The notes under the pieces were generated by a model. That model saw only the letters and a list, made by a program, of their open reading frames with translations, searched no databases and was not told the origin of the DNA. The position numbers were made by a program, and so were the translations under genes. From assembly GCA_018897155.1 (NCBI GenBank), contig JAHILE010000029.1, positions 117-64,116 of the forward strand: DNA of 64,000 nucleotides, read 5' to 3'. Shown one piece after another: positions 37,562 through 47,158 of this stretch (positions within the stretch are counted from its first letter, which is position 1; the number at the start of each line of letters is the position of its first letter). The DNA is from Nanobdellota archaeon (GTDB lineage Archaea > EX4484-52 > LFW-46).

Positions 37562-38169
37562 ATGGCATTATCAAAATTGAGAGCGTATGATGTATTTTTG
37601 CTTTCAAATTCATTGCTAAATTTTTCAACAGGATTGTTTTATCCTTTCTGGATAGTATTTTTGCAGAATTTCGGCGGCAGTATTGAGCAGTTTGGTTTTT
37701 CTATAGGGTTGATGGCTTTTTCAGCAGCTATTGCATCTTATTATGCGGGAAAACAGTCAGATACGCTTGGAAGAAACCGCTATTGATAATCGGCGGAGTT
37801 ATGTTGGGATGTATGATGATTGCATACACACTCATCACATCTTTAATACAGTTGTATGTCTTGCAGATTTTAACTGGAATCACAACCGCTATGCAAATGA
37901 CAATGGAAGCTGCATTTTTGGGTGACGTGACTAAAAAAGAATCGCGAGGCAGGGATATTGGAAAATATCACGCGCTCGTAGGCATCATGGCAGCAGTCGC
38001 AATAATGGGCGGCGGATTTGTGGTCGGAAACTTGGGTTTTAAAGTAATTTTTTATATTACTGCGTCACTTGTTTTTATCTCAACCGCAATGTTGTTTTAT
38101 ATTGAGGAAAAACGTATTATCTCAAAGAAAATTCAAGGAAATAAGCATAAAAGTCACAAGTTCCAATAA
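37562..38169 (+). pseudogene. Half-size MFS transporter split by a 1-nt frameshift near 37775
   Basis: Motif A AGKQSDTLGR continues as PLLIIGG in another frame; downstream RGRDIG. Confidence 0.75.
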
Positions 38170-38174
38170 TACTT

Positions 38175-39380
38175 ATGCAACTCTCACCGCGCATTACTGC
38201 ACTTGAAGAAAGCATCCGCAAAATCTCGGAAGCTGCGGCAAAAATTTCAGGATGCGTGCGCTTTGACATAGGCCAGCCGGATTTTAAGACCCCGCAGCAC
38301 ATTCAAGATGCTGCAATACGCGCGATTCGGGAAAAGCCGATGGGCTATGCGCCGATGGTAGGCATTCCGGAACTGAGGCGCGCAATAGCGGATTATGAGA
38401 ACAAAAAAGGCCTTAATCTCGCGCCGGAAAACATAATGGTTACAAACGGCGGCAACGGATCTTTGTTTTGCACGTTTTTGGCGATCATCGAAAAAGACGA
38501 TGAAGTGCTTATTGCAGATCCTGCGTGGCCGCCTTATGAGATGATAGTGCGTTCTGTCGGGGGGGTTCCCGTTTACACGAAATTCTTTGAGGGTGGGGAG
38601 TCCTCAAAGGCTTCGAGTGGAGCGACAGCGAAACGAGATGATTTTGACGGCAAAAAACTGCTCGCGGATTCAATCGAATCTGCGATAACTTCAAAATCAA
38701 AAGCAATTATTGTTAACAGCCCTGAAAACCCTACAGGCCGCGTTGCAAGTGAAAGCGATTTGAAAACAATTGCTGAAATTGCGATTGAACACGGCATAAT
38801 GATTATTTCGGATGAAGTGTATGATAAACTGCTTTTTGGCGGCGCAAAGCATTATTCGATTGCTAAATTCGCGCCCGAAAACACAATACTCATAAACTCC
38901 ACTTCAAAAACATATTCAATGACGGGTTGGAGGCTTGGTTGGCTTGCAGCACCAAAGGATATTATAAAAGAGCTTGCTAAATGCAACCGCGTAACAACCG
39001 CATCGGTTAGCGCAGTAGTGCAATATGCCGCACTTGCGGCGCTTACTGAAAGCCAAGAGTGCGTCCAGGATATGTGCCACGAATACGAAAAGCGGTGCGA
39101 CACGACAGTAAAGCGCATGAAGCAGCTTAACTGGGATTTTATAAATCCGGAAGGTGCGTTTTATGCATTTCCGAAAATTCCCGGTTGCATTGATTCGTGG
39201 AAACTTGCGATGGAGCTTCTGGAAAAAGCAAAAGTCGCACTTGTTCCTGGCGTATCGTTCGGCCCCTCAGGCGAAGGTCATGTGCGCATATGTTATGGCT
39301 CGGTGAATTCGGAATGCATAAACGAGGGCTTTGACAGGATTGAAAAGTATATGAATATAGTCAATAAATGCAAATATTAG
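38175..39380 (+). CDS. Class I/II PLP-dependent (aspartate/aromatic) aminotransferase
   Basis: IGQPDF, NSPENPTG, SDEVY, SKTYSMTGWRLG; carries a 19-aa insertion. Confidence 0.93.
   Translation: MQLSPRITALEESIRKISEAAAKISGCVRFDIGQPDFKTPQHIQDAAIRAIREKPMGYAPMVGIPELRRAIADYENKKGLNLAPENIMVTNGGNGSLFCTFLAIIEKDDEVLIADPAWPPYEMIVRSVGGVPVYTKFFEGGESSKASSGATAKRDDFDGKKLLADSIESAITSKSKAIIVNSPENPTGRVASESDLKTIAEIAIEHGIMIISDEVYDKLLFGGAKHYSIAKFAPENTILINSTSKTYSMTGWRLGWLAAPKDIIKELAKCNRVTTASVSAVVQYAALAALTESQECVQDMCHEYEKRCDTTVKRMKQLNWDFINPEGAFYAFPKIPGCIDSWKLAMELLEKAKVALVPGVSFGPSGEGHVRICYGSVNSECINEGFDRIEKYMNIVNKCKY
38585..38647 (+). repeat. Palindromic element right arm inserted in frame in the aminotransferase
   Basis: CTTTGAGG/CCTCAAAG-GCTTCGAGT...ACGAGATGATTTT; TTTGA repeated 57 nt apart. 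Confidence 0.75.
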
Positions 39381-39499
39381 TCAGTATTTACAAAAGCAGT
39401 TATTGCCTAAATAGATAAATCACGCAATTTCCGAAATAGCCAATTTGGCGTGATTTACTATGGCTATAAATAATTTTTTTTCAAATAATTAATTAATCG

Positions 39500-40984
39500 A
39501 TGGTTCTGATGTCGCAAAAATACAATCTCCAGCCGCACGAAATCAAAGTGCTCAAATTTCTTGAGGATGAGAAAAAGCGCTTTGCAACTGAGCTTGAAGC
39601 CGTGCTCGGGATGGATCAGGTTGCTGTTGCCCGCGCAATTTACGGCCTCCAGCAGTCAGGTCTTGTAAAATCAAAGGAAGAAGAAAAGCTTGTTTTGAGA
39701 ATAACTTCCGAAGGCGAGTCGGTCCTTAAGCAGGGGCTTATAGAAAAACAGCTTGTTTCAGAAGTAGGGGAAAAAGGAAAATCGCTTTCTGAAATAAAGC
39801 TTTCTGAGAAAAATATTGCTCTTGGTTTTGCAAAAAAGAAAGGTTATGTTGAATTTGACAAAAGCAGCTTAAAGGCTACAAAAGCAGGCATTGACGCGCT
39901 TGGAAAACAGGATGCTGAAGAAGTTCTTCTTAAAAGAGCTGCGCATGGCGAGGCTTTAAAAAAAGATGAACTCGACACACTTAAGTCAAGAAAGCTTGCA
40001 GATTATTCTCTTAAGACAATCCGCGAAGTCAGCATAACTGCTGAAGGAAAAAAAGCGGCTCAAGGGCTTGAGGTAAGGGATGAAGTTTCGAGTCTGGCTC
40101 CGGAAATGATAAAATCCAGGGGTTGGAAAGAAGTTAGCTTGAGGAAATATAATGTGACTGCTCCGGTAACTGCAGTTTATGGCGGCAGAAGGCATTTCGT
40201 GAATCAGGCGATTGATTATGTCCGAAGTGTTTGGCTTGACATGGGTTTCAAAGAAATGACCGGCCCTCTTGTCAATACAGGATTCTGGAACTTTGATGCG
40301 CTTTTTGTTCCGCAGGATCATCCTGCGCGCGAGATGCAGGACACATTCTTTTTTAACGGAAAGGGAATGCTGCCTGATAAAAAAACTATCTCTGCAGTAA
40401 AGAAGGCGCATGAATCCGGAGTCAACGGTTCAAGAGGGTGGCAGTACAAATGGAGTGAAGAGGAAGCGGCACGACTGCTTTTACGCACGCACACCACAGT
40501 TCTTTCCGCAAAGACCCTCGCGCAAATTAAGAAGGATAGCCTTCCTGCGAAGTATTTTGCAATAGGCCGGGTGTTCAGAAATGAGGCTCTTGACTGGAAG
40601 CATCTTTTTGAGTTCAATCAGGTTGAAGGAATTGTTGTGGATCCTAACGCCAATTTCAAGAATCTGCTCGGCTACCTTAAAGAATTCTTTGGAAAGCTGG
40701 GCTTTGAAAAAGCAAGATTCCGGCCGGGATATTTTCCATATACTGAGATGTCGATTGAAATCGATGTTTTCCACCCTGAAAGAAAGCAGTGGGTGGAGCT
40801 TGGCGGCGCCGGCATTTTCAGGCCGGAAGTTGTCGAGCCGCTATTGGGCGAGCCAATACCGGTTCTTGCATGGGGGCCGGGGTTTGACCGAATCATCATG
40901 GATTACTACAAGATAAAATACATCCGCGATTTGTACGGGAATGACATAAAGCAGTTGCGCGAGATGAAAGTTTGGATGAGATAA
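39500..40984 (+). CDS. pheS: Phenylalanine--tRNA ligase alpha subunit
   Basis: WNFDALFVPQDHPAREMQDTF, LRTHTT, FRNE, YFPYTE. Confidence 0.97.
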   Translation: MVLMSQKYNLQPHEIKVLKFLEDEKKRFATELEAVLGMDQVAVARAIYGLQQSGLVKSKEEEKLVLRITSEGESVLKQGLIEKQLVSEVGEKGKSLSEIKLSEKNIALGFAKKKGYVEFDKSSLKATKAGIDALGKQDAEEVLLKRAAHGEALKKDELDTLKSRKLADYSLKTIREVSITAEGKKAAQGLEVRDEVSSLAPEMIKSRGWKEVSLRKYNVTAPVTAVYGGRRHFVNQAIDYVRSVWLDMGFKEMTGPLVNTGFWNFDALFVPQDHPAREMQDTFFFNGKGMLPDKKTISAVKKAHESGVNGSRGWQYKWSEEEAARLLLRTHTTVLSAKTLAQIKKDSLPAKYFAIGRVFRNEALDWKHLFEFNQVEGIVVDPNANFKNLLGYLKEFFGKLGFEKARFRPGYFPYTEMSIEIDVFHPERKQWVELGGAGIFRPEVVEPLLGEPIPVLAWGPGFDRIIMDYYKIKYIRDLYGNDIKQLREMKVWMR

Positions 40985-41045
40985 TTTTGAAACATTCAAA
41001 ACATCTATTGGGTTCAAAAGTTTCGAACAAATTGAGATGATGCTT

Positions 41046-41801
41046 ATGAAAAAACTTGAAGGAAGAGTTGCAGTTATTACCGGTTCAAGCAGGGGCATCG
41101 GCAGGGCAATTGCTCTTGAGTTTGCGAAAGAAGGCGCGAAAATAATTATCAATTATATCCAATCAAAAAAAGAGGCAGAAGAAGTCGTTGCAGAGATAAA
41201 GAAACTCGGTTCAGATGCATTGGCTATGGAATGTGATGTATCCGACGAAAAACAAGTGAATGAACTAATAAGTACAGCAGTCAAAAAATTCGGTAAAATA
41301 GACATTCTTATAAACAATGCAGGAATTGTTGCGCCGAAACCATTTCAAGAATTGATGGCGCAAGATTGGGAAAATATACTGAGAGTTAACCTAATCGGAA
41401 CATTTTTGTGTTCAAAGGCAGCCGCTCCGCACATGCTCCATCAGAAATACGGCAAAATTGTTAATGTTTCTTCAATACGCGGGCTCGAATGCTGCGGCAG
41501 AGCTGGAATACTTGATTACAGCGCTTCAAAGGCTGGTGTAATTAATTTCACAAAAACATTGGCGAAGGAATTAGCACCGCATGTTAATGTTAATAGCGTG
41601 GCTCCAGGCCTCACTGAAACGGACCAGTGGAAAAATAAAGACGCTTCATTTGTGAAAGCCGAAACAGAAAAAACGCTTTTTAAAAGATTCGCCAGACCCG
41701 AAGAAATCGCAAAAGCGGCTTTGTTCTTGGCATCTGACGATTCAAGTTACATAACCGGCGATGTATTAATAGTTGACGGAGGATATCATTTGCGCGAGTA
41801 G
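41046..41801 (+). CDS. SDR family oxidoreductase (FabG-like)
   Basis: TGSSRGIG, NNAG, YSASK, VDGG. Confidence 0.92.
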   Translation: MKKLEGRVAVITGSSRGIGRAIALEFAKEGAKIIINYIQSKKEAEEVVAEIKKLGSDALAMECDVSDEKQVNELISTAVKKFGKIDILINNAGIVAPKPFQELMAQDWENILRVNLIGTFLCSKAAAPHMLHQKYGKIVNVSSIRGLECCGRAGILDYSASKAGVINFTKTLAKELAPHVNVNSVAPGLTETDQWKNKDASFVKAETEKTLFKRFARPEEIAKAALFLASDDSSYITGDVLIVDGGYHLRE

Positions 41802-41817
41802 AAAAGCTTATAAACTC

Positions 41818-41837
41818 ATGTAACAAATATGTTACAT
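41818..41837. promoter_or_regulatory. Inverted-repeat operator at the HTH-MNT gene start
   Basis: ATGTAACA-AATA-TGTTACAT just downstream of CTTATAAA. Confidence 0.65.
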
Positions 41838-42383
41838 ATGGAACAAAAAATATCTTTTGAAATTATTGCCGCGATTATGCGGGAGCCAATGCATGCGCGG
41901 GCAATTGCCAAAAAGCTCGGCACAAACCATATGGCTGTAGTGCGCGGGCTAAAGGCTCTTGTAGTGGAAAATGCAGTGGATTTTCAGGCAGAAGGCAGGA
42001 ATAAAGTGTATTTTCCCAAAAAAAGCCTTGAGGCAAGGAATTTTGCAGTTATGGCAGAGCTTTACCGGCTTAACAAAACAATTGAAAAATATCCTGAATT
42101 AAGGGCGATTATTGAATCCATTCAGAAAAATCCGAAAATAGGGCTTGCGATGCTTTTTGGAAGCTATGCAAAAGGGATTGCCAGAACCGACAGCGACATT
42201 GATATTTTCATAGAATCAGAAGACAGAAAAATAAAGCAAGAAATCGAGCTTCTGAATTCGAAACTAATCGTAAAAATCGGAAGCTACGACCGCGATAATT
42301 TATTGATAAAAGAAATAGAAAAAAATCATGTAATGATTAAAGGAGCTGAAACCTACTATGAAAGAAACCGATTTTTTTATTAA
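41838..42383 (+). CDS. HTH-minimal nucleotidyltransferase (MNT antitoxin type)
   Basis: N-terminal HTH (HARAIAKKLG) and LFGSYAKG...SDIDIF. Confidence 0.9.
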   Translation: MEQKISFEIIAAIMREPMHARAIAKKLGTNHMAVVRGLKALVVENAVDFQAEGRNKVYFPKKSLEARNFAVMAELYRLNKTIEKYPELRAIIESIQKNPKIGLAMLFGSYAKGIARTDSDIDIFIESEDRKIKQEIELLNSKLIVKIGSYDRDNLLIKEIEKNHVMIKGAETYYERNRFFY

Positions 42384-42480
42384 GCTGCAAAAGGAAGGCA
42401 AGCGGATGATTTGTTCTATCGGCAACCTCAAGCCAACACAGATAAAAATGAGTAAAATAAAATATGCCTCAAGTCTGTAA
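42358..42480 (+). pseudogene. Probable truncated HEPN partner
   Basis: Short ORF overlapping the MNT stop; MKETDFFIKLQKEGK resembles, from recall, N-termini of HEPN partners of such MNTs, then diverges. Confidence 0.45.
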
Positions 42481-42519
42481 GGTATTCGTGGTAGATTGAT
42501 TTAGTATTGAAGTGGTTTT

Positions 42520-43092
42520 ATGTTTAGTAAATCGTTTAATGATTTGGAAGATGAAGAAAAAATTATCTTGTATTCTTTAGGTGCTTTAAGTAACACCCCC
42601 CTTAGAAGTAAAATAAAACTGCAAAAGCTATTATTTTTGGTATCGAATGTTTTTAAAGAGTATAAAGATCTTTTGGAATTTGAACCCCATCTTTTTGGAC
42701 CTTATAGTGAAACTGTAAATTACGTATTAGAAGATTTGATGAAATTGGGATTGGTTTATCAGGAAGGAAGTAAATATACCCTAACTGAAAATGGTTTCGA
42801 ATTATTTAATCATCTTAAACCAAAAAAGGAACTTTTGAAAGTTATCGAAGATTTCAAAGAATTTTTAAATGATCTTTCAGATGACGAGGTGCTAGCATTT
42901 ATTTACGCATCTTATCCGAACTACATTTCAGAGTCAGCTAAATGGGATGAACTAAAGGTTAATAGAGCAAGATTTGCTGTTTCTCTCTTAAAGAAGCAGA
43001 AAATTAGTTTTGGGAAAGCTGCTGAACTCGCTGGATTAAAAACCGCGGAATTTGAAGATCTATTGATGAAAGCCAAGGTTCGATGGAAATGA
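42520..43092 (+). CDS. Panacea/YwgA-like winged-helix domain fused to a UPF0175 HTH
   Basis: SKIKLQKLLFL, FEPHLFGPYS, YTLTENG, FIYASYP; C-terminal KISFGKAAELAGL..AEF. Confidence 0.8.
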   Translation: MFSKSFNDLEDEEKIILYSLGALSNTPLRSKIKLQKLLFLVSNVFKEYKDLLEFEPHLFGPYSETVNYVLEDLMKLGLVYQEGSKYTLTENGFELFNHLKPKKELLKVIEDFKEFLNDLSDDEVLAFIYASYPNYISESAKWDELKVNRARFAVSLLKKQKISFGKAAELAGLKTAEFEDLLMKAKVRWK

Positions 43093-43658
43093 CGACGACG
43101 AAGGTAATGGATAATACGATAATTAGTACGAGTCTTAAAGAAATAAAATGCGTGAATCTCATTAAGAAATGTTCTGAACGATATACAATTGCGACATCAT
43201 ACGAAGTATATTTGGAATCGTGTAAAGGATTTAGTGAGACCGTTTTAAAAGAATTATATAAAACTGTTGTTGTTCGTAATTTGACTGATGATAAAAAATA
43301 TATTTTGCTTATTGATTATCTTCAAACAAGATACCCCTATCTACATAGCGGCGAATTATCATCATTCCTTCTTGCACTTTTAGATTATGAACTAAACAGA
43401 AAAGAATATTATTACGTTACTGACGACAACAAAATGAAAAAAGTTATTTCAAAAATGGGTGGAGATGATTTATTTTCTGAAAAAATAGGTAGCCCGATTA
43501 AAACATTTAATGTAACTGGTACTATCGGCTTGATAAGAAAACTGTATGAAAATGACAGTTTATCAACAGAAGATATCAAAAGGATAATAGAAGACTTGAA
43601 AAATAGTACTTTTTATATTACCCCCGACCTAATAAGTTATCTGAAGGTGGCTAAATGA
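43089..43658 (+). CDS. PIN-domain protein, DUF3368-like
   Basis: VMDNT, EVYLE, LHSGE, VTDD, VTGTIGLI; ATGA overlap with the upstream gene. Confidence 0.8.
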   Translation: MTTTKVMDNTIISTSLKEIKCVNLIKKCSERYTIATSYEVYLESCKGFSETVLKELYKTVVVRNLTDDKKYILLIDYLQTRYPYLHSGELSSFLLALLDYELNRKEYYYVTDDNKMKKVISKMGGDDLFSEKIGSPIKTFNVTGTIGLIRKLYENDSLSTEDIKRIIEDLKNSTFYITPDLISYLKVAK

Positions 43659-44740
43659 AGTTAAATGTTAAATTAGAAAAAGTTGATGATGAATTAATGT
43701 TTAAACGTACGAGCATTTGCTTAGGGAGTAAATCAATAATGACTCCCATAAAAGCAAGCTACTGTGAAAATCCCATAAGTGATATAAATGAAATATATAA
43801 GAAATTTTCATTGGAAAAATTAAACAACTGCCTTTCCGATGAACAACATGAAAGAAGAACTAATTCGGAAATAAAACGTGAGATGACAAACGGGCTCAAC
43901 ATGTGCATTGTTGATTATTCGAGTTCTACAATCCCTGAAAGAAAGCATATCGAAATGCTTGCAGATATACAGTACGAACATAGCGATATAGTTGTTACTC
44001 CAATTTTCTCAAACCTGTTGAGGAAAAAAGATTTGGTGGGTGAGTCATTGACAAAGACATTCATAGAATTAACGAATCAATATATTGAAATTGTTGAAAC
44101 TCTAAATCATAAAAGTATTGTTGGAGTCATACCGTCAAAAATGCCGCGAGAGCTTTTGAGACCGATAGTAGAAAACTATTGCGATAAGAACATAACATCA
44201 TTTGTTCTTGATTTTGACGGTAGATCTATTGATAATACAACTTGGATAAGACACTTAACAAGATTAATGAATGACTTTGATTTAACGGAAAAATCATTTT
44301 TATATTCAGTTAACGCGAACGAAGGTAAATTTATGAAAAATGCCGTCGAAATACCCGCAAAAGATTTCATAAATAGTGGATTTGGAATTGATATTTTGGG
44401 TTTAAATCATTTGCAACCGCGAATGAATTCCGAAGCGTGGGCTAAAATAAAGGCAAAGAGAGAAGAAAACACCTACAGAATATTCAATAGAGGTACTTAT
44501 GGATATGTGAAAAAGACAGAAGGTGAATTATTAAGACTTTTTGATATGTCCGATAAAAATAAATTAAGGGGGCAACGAAAAAAGTTTAATGTTTCTGAAC
44601 AACATAATGAGACAATAACATTACAAACAAAATTAAAGGAAGAACGCACTATCGAGCCATATATTAAATCTAAGTCTCAAATTAATGAGGATCTTATAAA
44701 GAAGATTAAGAAGTTAAGATCTGAAACATTTAGAAGATAA
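43655..44740 (+). CDS. Divergent TGT-fold (TIM barrel) protein
   Basis: LGSKSIMTP, DIQYEHSDIV, KSIVGVIP, GIDILG and a C-terminal FN...E...L helix follow the TGT motif order; no DSGG motif and no zinc site. Confidence 0.6.
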   Translation: MKLNVKLEKVDDELMFKRTSICLGSKSIMTPIKASYCENPISDINEIYKKFSLEKLNNCLSDEQHERRTNSEIKREMTNGLNMCIVDYSSSTIPERKHIEMLADIQYEHSDIVVTPIFSNLLRKKDLVGESLTKTFIELTNQYIEIVETLNHKSIVGVIPSKMPRELLRPIVENYCDKNITSFVLDFDGRSIDNTTWIRHLTRLMNDFDLTEKSFLYSVNANEGKFMKNAVEIPAKDFINSGFGIDILGLNHLQPRMNSEAWAKIKAKREENTYRIFNRGTYGYVKKTEGELLRLFDMSDKNKLRGQRKKFNVSEQHNETITLQTKLKEERTIEPYIKSKSQINEDLIKKIKKLRSETFRR

Positions 44741-44756
44741 TTTATTAGTGATTTTT

Positions 44757-46397
44757 ATGCCGACAGTTACGCTTAACAAAAAAAGAGTCCTTGAGCTTCT
44801 TGGAAAGAAGTACGATGATAAATTCCTCGCTGACAGAATTGCAATGCTTGGGACTGATTTAGAGTCCATTACAGATACAGAAATTATTGTCGAGGTTTTT
44901 CCGAACAGGCCGGATATGCTTTCTGAAGAGGGACTTGCGCGCGGCCTTCGCAGCTTTCTTGGCATTGAGACAGGGTTCAAAAAATACGAAGTGAAAAAAT
45001 CCGGATTCTCTACAACAAATGCAAATCCGCTTCCATATTGGCCTTATGTGGTTACAGCAATTGTGAAAGGGCTCGAACTGGATGATGCAAAAATAAGGCA
45101 GATTATCCAGATTCAGGAAAAGCTCGGAATCACGTTGCTGCGCAAAAGAAAAAAAGGCGGCATCGGATTATATCCGCTTGACAGGATAAAGATGCCGATA
45201 AAATTCGTATCTGATGCCCCGGAAAAAATACGCTATCGTCCTCTTGAATATCCTGAAGTAATTTCAGGAAAAGAAATACTTGAAAAGCACCCGACAGGAA
45301 AGACATATGCGCACATATGCAATGACTGGAAAAAAATCACTTATTTTGTCGATGCGTCGGGCACAATAATGTCCATGCCGCCTATTGTGAACTCGTATGA
45401 TGTCGGGAAAATCGACGAGAAAACAAAAGATGTCTTTATCGAGGCGACAGGCACGGATTTGAACACTTTGAAAATCGCGCTCAATATTGTCGTAACTGCT
45501 CTTGCAGATATGGGCGGGAAAATATATTCAATGGAAATCATTCAGGGGAACGAGAAATTCACCACACCTGATTTAACTCCGTCAAAAAGGAAGATTGACA
45601 GAAAATACGTCAATAAGCTTCTTGGTCTTGAACTAACCGACGCTGAGATGAAGCAGCTTCTTGCAAAAATGGGCATTGGATTCGAGGCAGGCTCTGCATT
45701 GATTCCGGCGTATCGCGCGGACATTTTGCATCCGATGGACCTTGTCGAGGATATTGCAATCGCATACGGCTATGAAAATTTTGATGCCCAGATTCCGAAA
45801 GTTGCGACAATCGGTGAAGAGTCTCGCGGAGCAATACTTAAGCGAAAAATTGCAGAAGTCCTTTCAGGGCTTGGATTTTTGGAATGCAACACATATCATC
45901 TTTCGAATGGAAAAGACCTTATTGAAAAGATGAATGCAAAAAAGACAAGCCTGGTAAAGCTTTCAAATTCCGTGAATATCGATTACGATGCGATGCGAAA
46001 CGCAATACTTCCGATTTTGATGAAAGTGCTTTCAGAGAACAGGCATAACGAATATCCGCAGAGAATTTTCGAATCGGGAATTGTTTTTGCAGAGGATTCC
46101 AAAGAAGAGACCGGCGTTTCCGAGCGCGCATCTTTATCCGCAGTATCCGTGCATCCGAATGTCGATTTCTCCGAAATAAAGGCAACACTAGATGCTCTAA
46201 TGCGCGCCTTTGACATAAAATACGAAATGAAAGAAAAGGAATATTCTTCATATATTTCAGGAAGGTGCGCGGAAATAGTCGTTGCAGGAAAATCCGTCGG
46301 CATGATTGGAGAACTGCATCCGCAGGTCCTGAACAACTGGGAAATCGAGATGCCTGTTGCAGGATTTGAAATTGATGTCGAGATGGTATTTGAGTGA
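44757..46397 (+). CDS. pheT: Phenylalanine--tRNA ligase beta subunit
   Basis: MPTVT, PNRPDMLS.EG, SMPPIVNS, YRADILHPMDLVEDIAIAYGY, GELHP. Confidence 0.97.
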   Translation: MPTVTLNKKRVLELLGKKYDDKFLADRIAMLGTDLESITDTEIIVEVFPNRPDMLSEEGLARGLRSFLGIETGFKKYEVKKSGFSTTNANPLPYWPYVVTAIVKGLELDDAKIRQIIQIQEKLGITLLRKRKKGGIGLYPLDRIKMPIKFVSDAPEKIRYRPLEYPEVISGKEILEKHPTGKTYAHICNDWKKITYFVDASGTIMSMPPIVNSYDVGKIDEKTKDVFIEATGTDLNTLKIALNIVVTALADMGGKIYSMEIIQGNEKFTTPDLTPSKRKIDRKYVNKLLGLELTDAEMKQLLAKMGIGFEAGSALIPAYRADILHPMDLVEDIAIAYGYENFDAQIPKVATIGEESRGAILKRKIAEVLSGLGFLECNTYHLSNGKDLIEKMNAKKTSLVKLSNSVNIDYDAMRNAILPILMKVLSENRHNEYPQRIFESGIVFAEDSKEETGVSERASLSAVSVHPNVDFSEIKATLDALMRAFDIKYEMKEKEYSSYISGRCAEIVVAGKSVGMIGELHPQVLNNWEIEMPVAGFEIDVEMVFE

Positions 46398-46408
46398 TTT
46401 TTATATAA

Positions 46409-46810
46409 TTAAAACTCAGGAATTTTTCTTACTGTTTGTAATGCGCTATTAAGGTTGTTTCGCTTTTCTTCATATGAATTAATGAATTCATCCAAATCAA
46501 ATTGGCCTTCATCAGTACCTCTAAAACAAAGAGTTCCTGATTCATGAGTTCCTTTAACATTTTTTTCAATATTCCAGCTTTGCTCTGGAAATAGTTCGTT
46601 TAAATTAAGATACGCTCTTAATGTATAGAGATTATCAGGTTTGAATAGTATAAGTTCAATATTTACTCCCGAGAAAAAACGTTTATAAAATTCTTGGCGA
46701 TTGGTCTCCTCAAGCGGGAGTGCAAGTTCCTCGAAACCCATAGATTTCAGATGGTCTGTGAGTGCATCTCTTGTGACATATTTCATAGTATACTCATTGA
46801 GTAATAACAT
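46409..46810 (-). CDS. Hypothetical protein
   Basis: ~125-133-aa ORF; true start probably the second ATG. Confidence 0.6.
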   Translation of the reverse strand: MLLLNEYTMKYVTRDALTDHLKSMGFEELALPLEETNRQEFYKRFFSGVNIELILFKPDNLYTLRAYLNLNELFPEQSWNIEKNVKGTHESGTLCFRGTDEGQFDLDEFINSYEEKRNNLNSALQTVRKIPEF

Positions 46811-46964
46811 TTATAAAAGACTGTAAAACGTGAGCTGTTAAGTCTTCTGGATATAATCCCGATTCTATTTCTAAAAAATCAATACAAGGGAGTGGTATTC
46901 GATGAATAACACCTCTTAAAGCGCGCCTACAAACGATATAAAGGAGAATGAACAAAAATATATT

Positions 46965-47117
46965 ATGAGGATGAAAAACTTAGAACGAGCTTTTTTTGGA
47001 TTTATGGGTGGCGTGCTTACAATATCTGGCATAATCTTAGGGCTTTCTGGAAATATCCCTTTGAGCGTTTTTTCAATAGTTATCGGATTGTTTAGTTTTT
47101 ATGTCGCTGCAAAATAA
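46965..47117 (+). CDS. Small two-TM membrane protein (missing from the ORF track)
   Basis: MRMKNLERAFFGFMGGVLTISGIILGLSGNIPLSVFSIVIGLFSFYVAAK*. Confidence 0.55.
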   Translation: MRMKNLERAFFGFMGGVLTISGIILGLSGNIPLSVFSIVIGLFSFYVAAK

Positions 47118-47158
47118 AGATAAACGTAAAACAATAAAAACACACTGAGATTATTTTT

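Noticed and set aside
43655-44740. Canonical archaeosine TGT or DpdA
   Set aside because: Catalytic Asp motifs and the zinc site are absent, with no PUA domain or dpd/que neighbours; kept only as a divergent TGT-fold candidate
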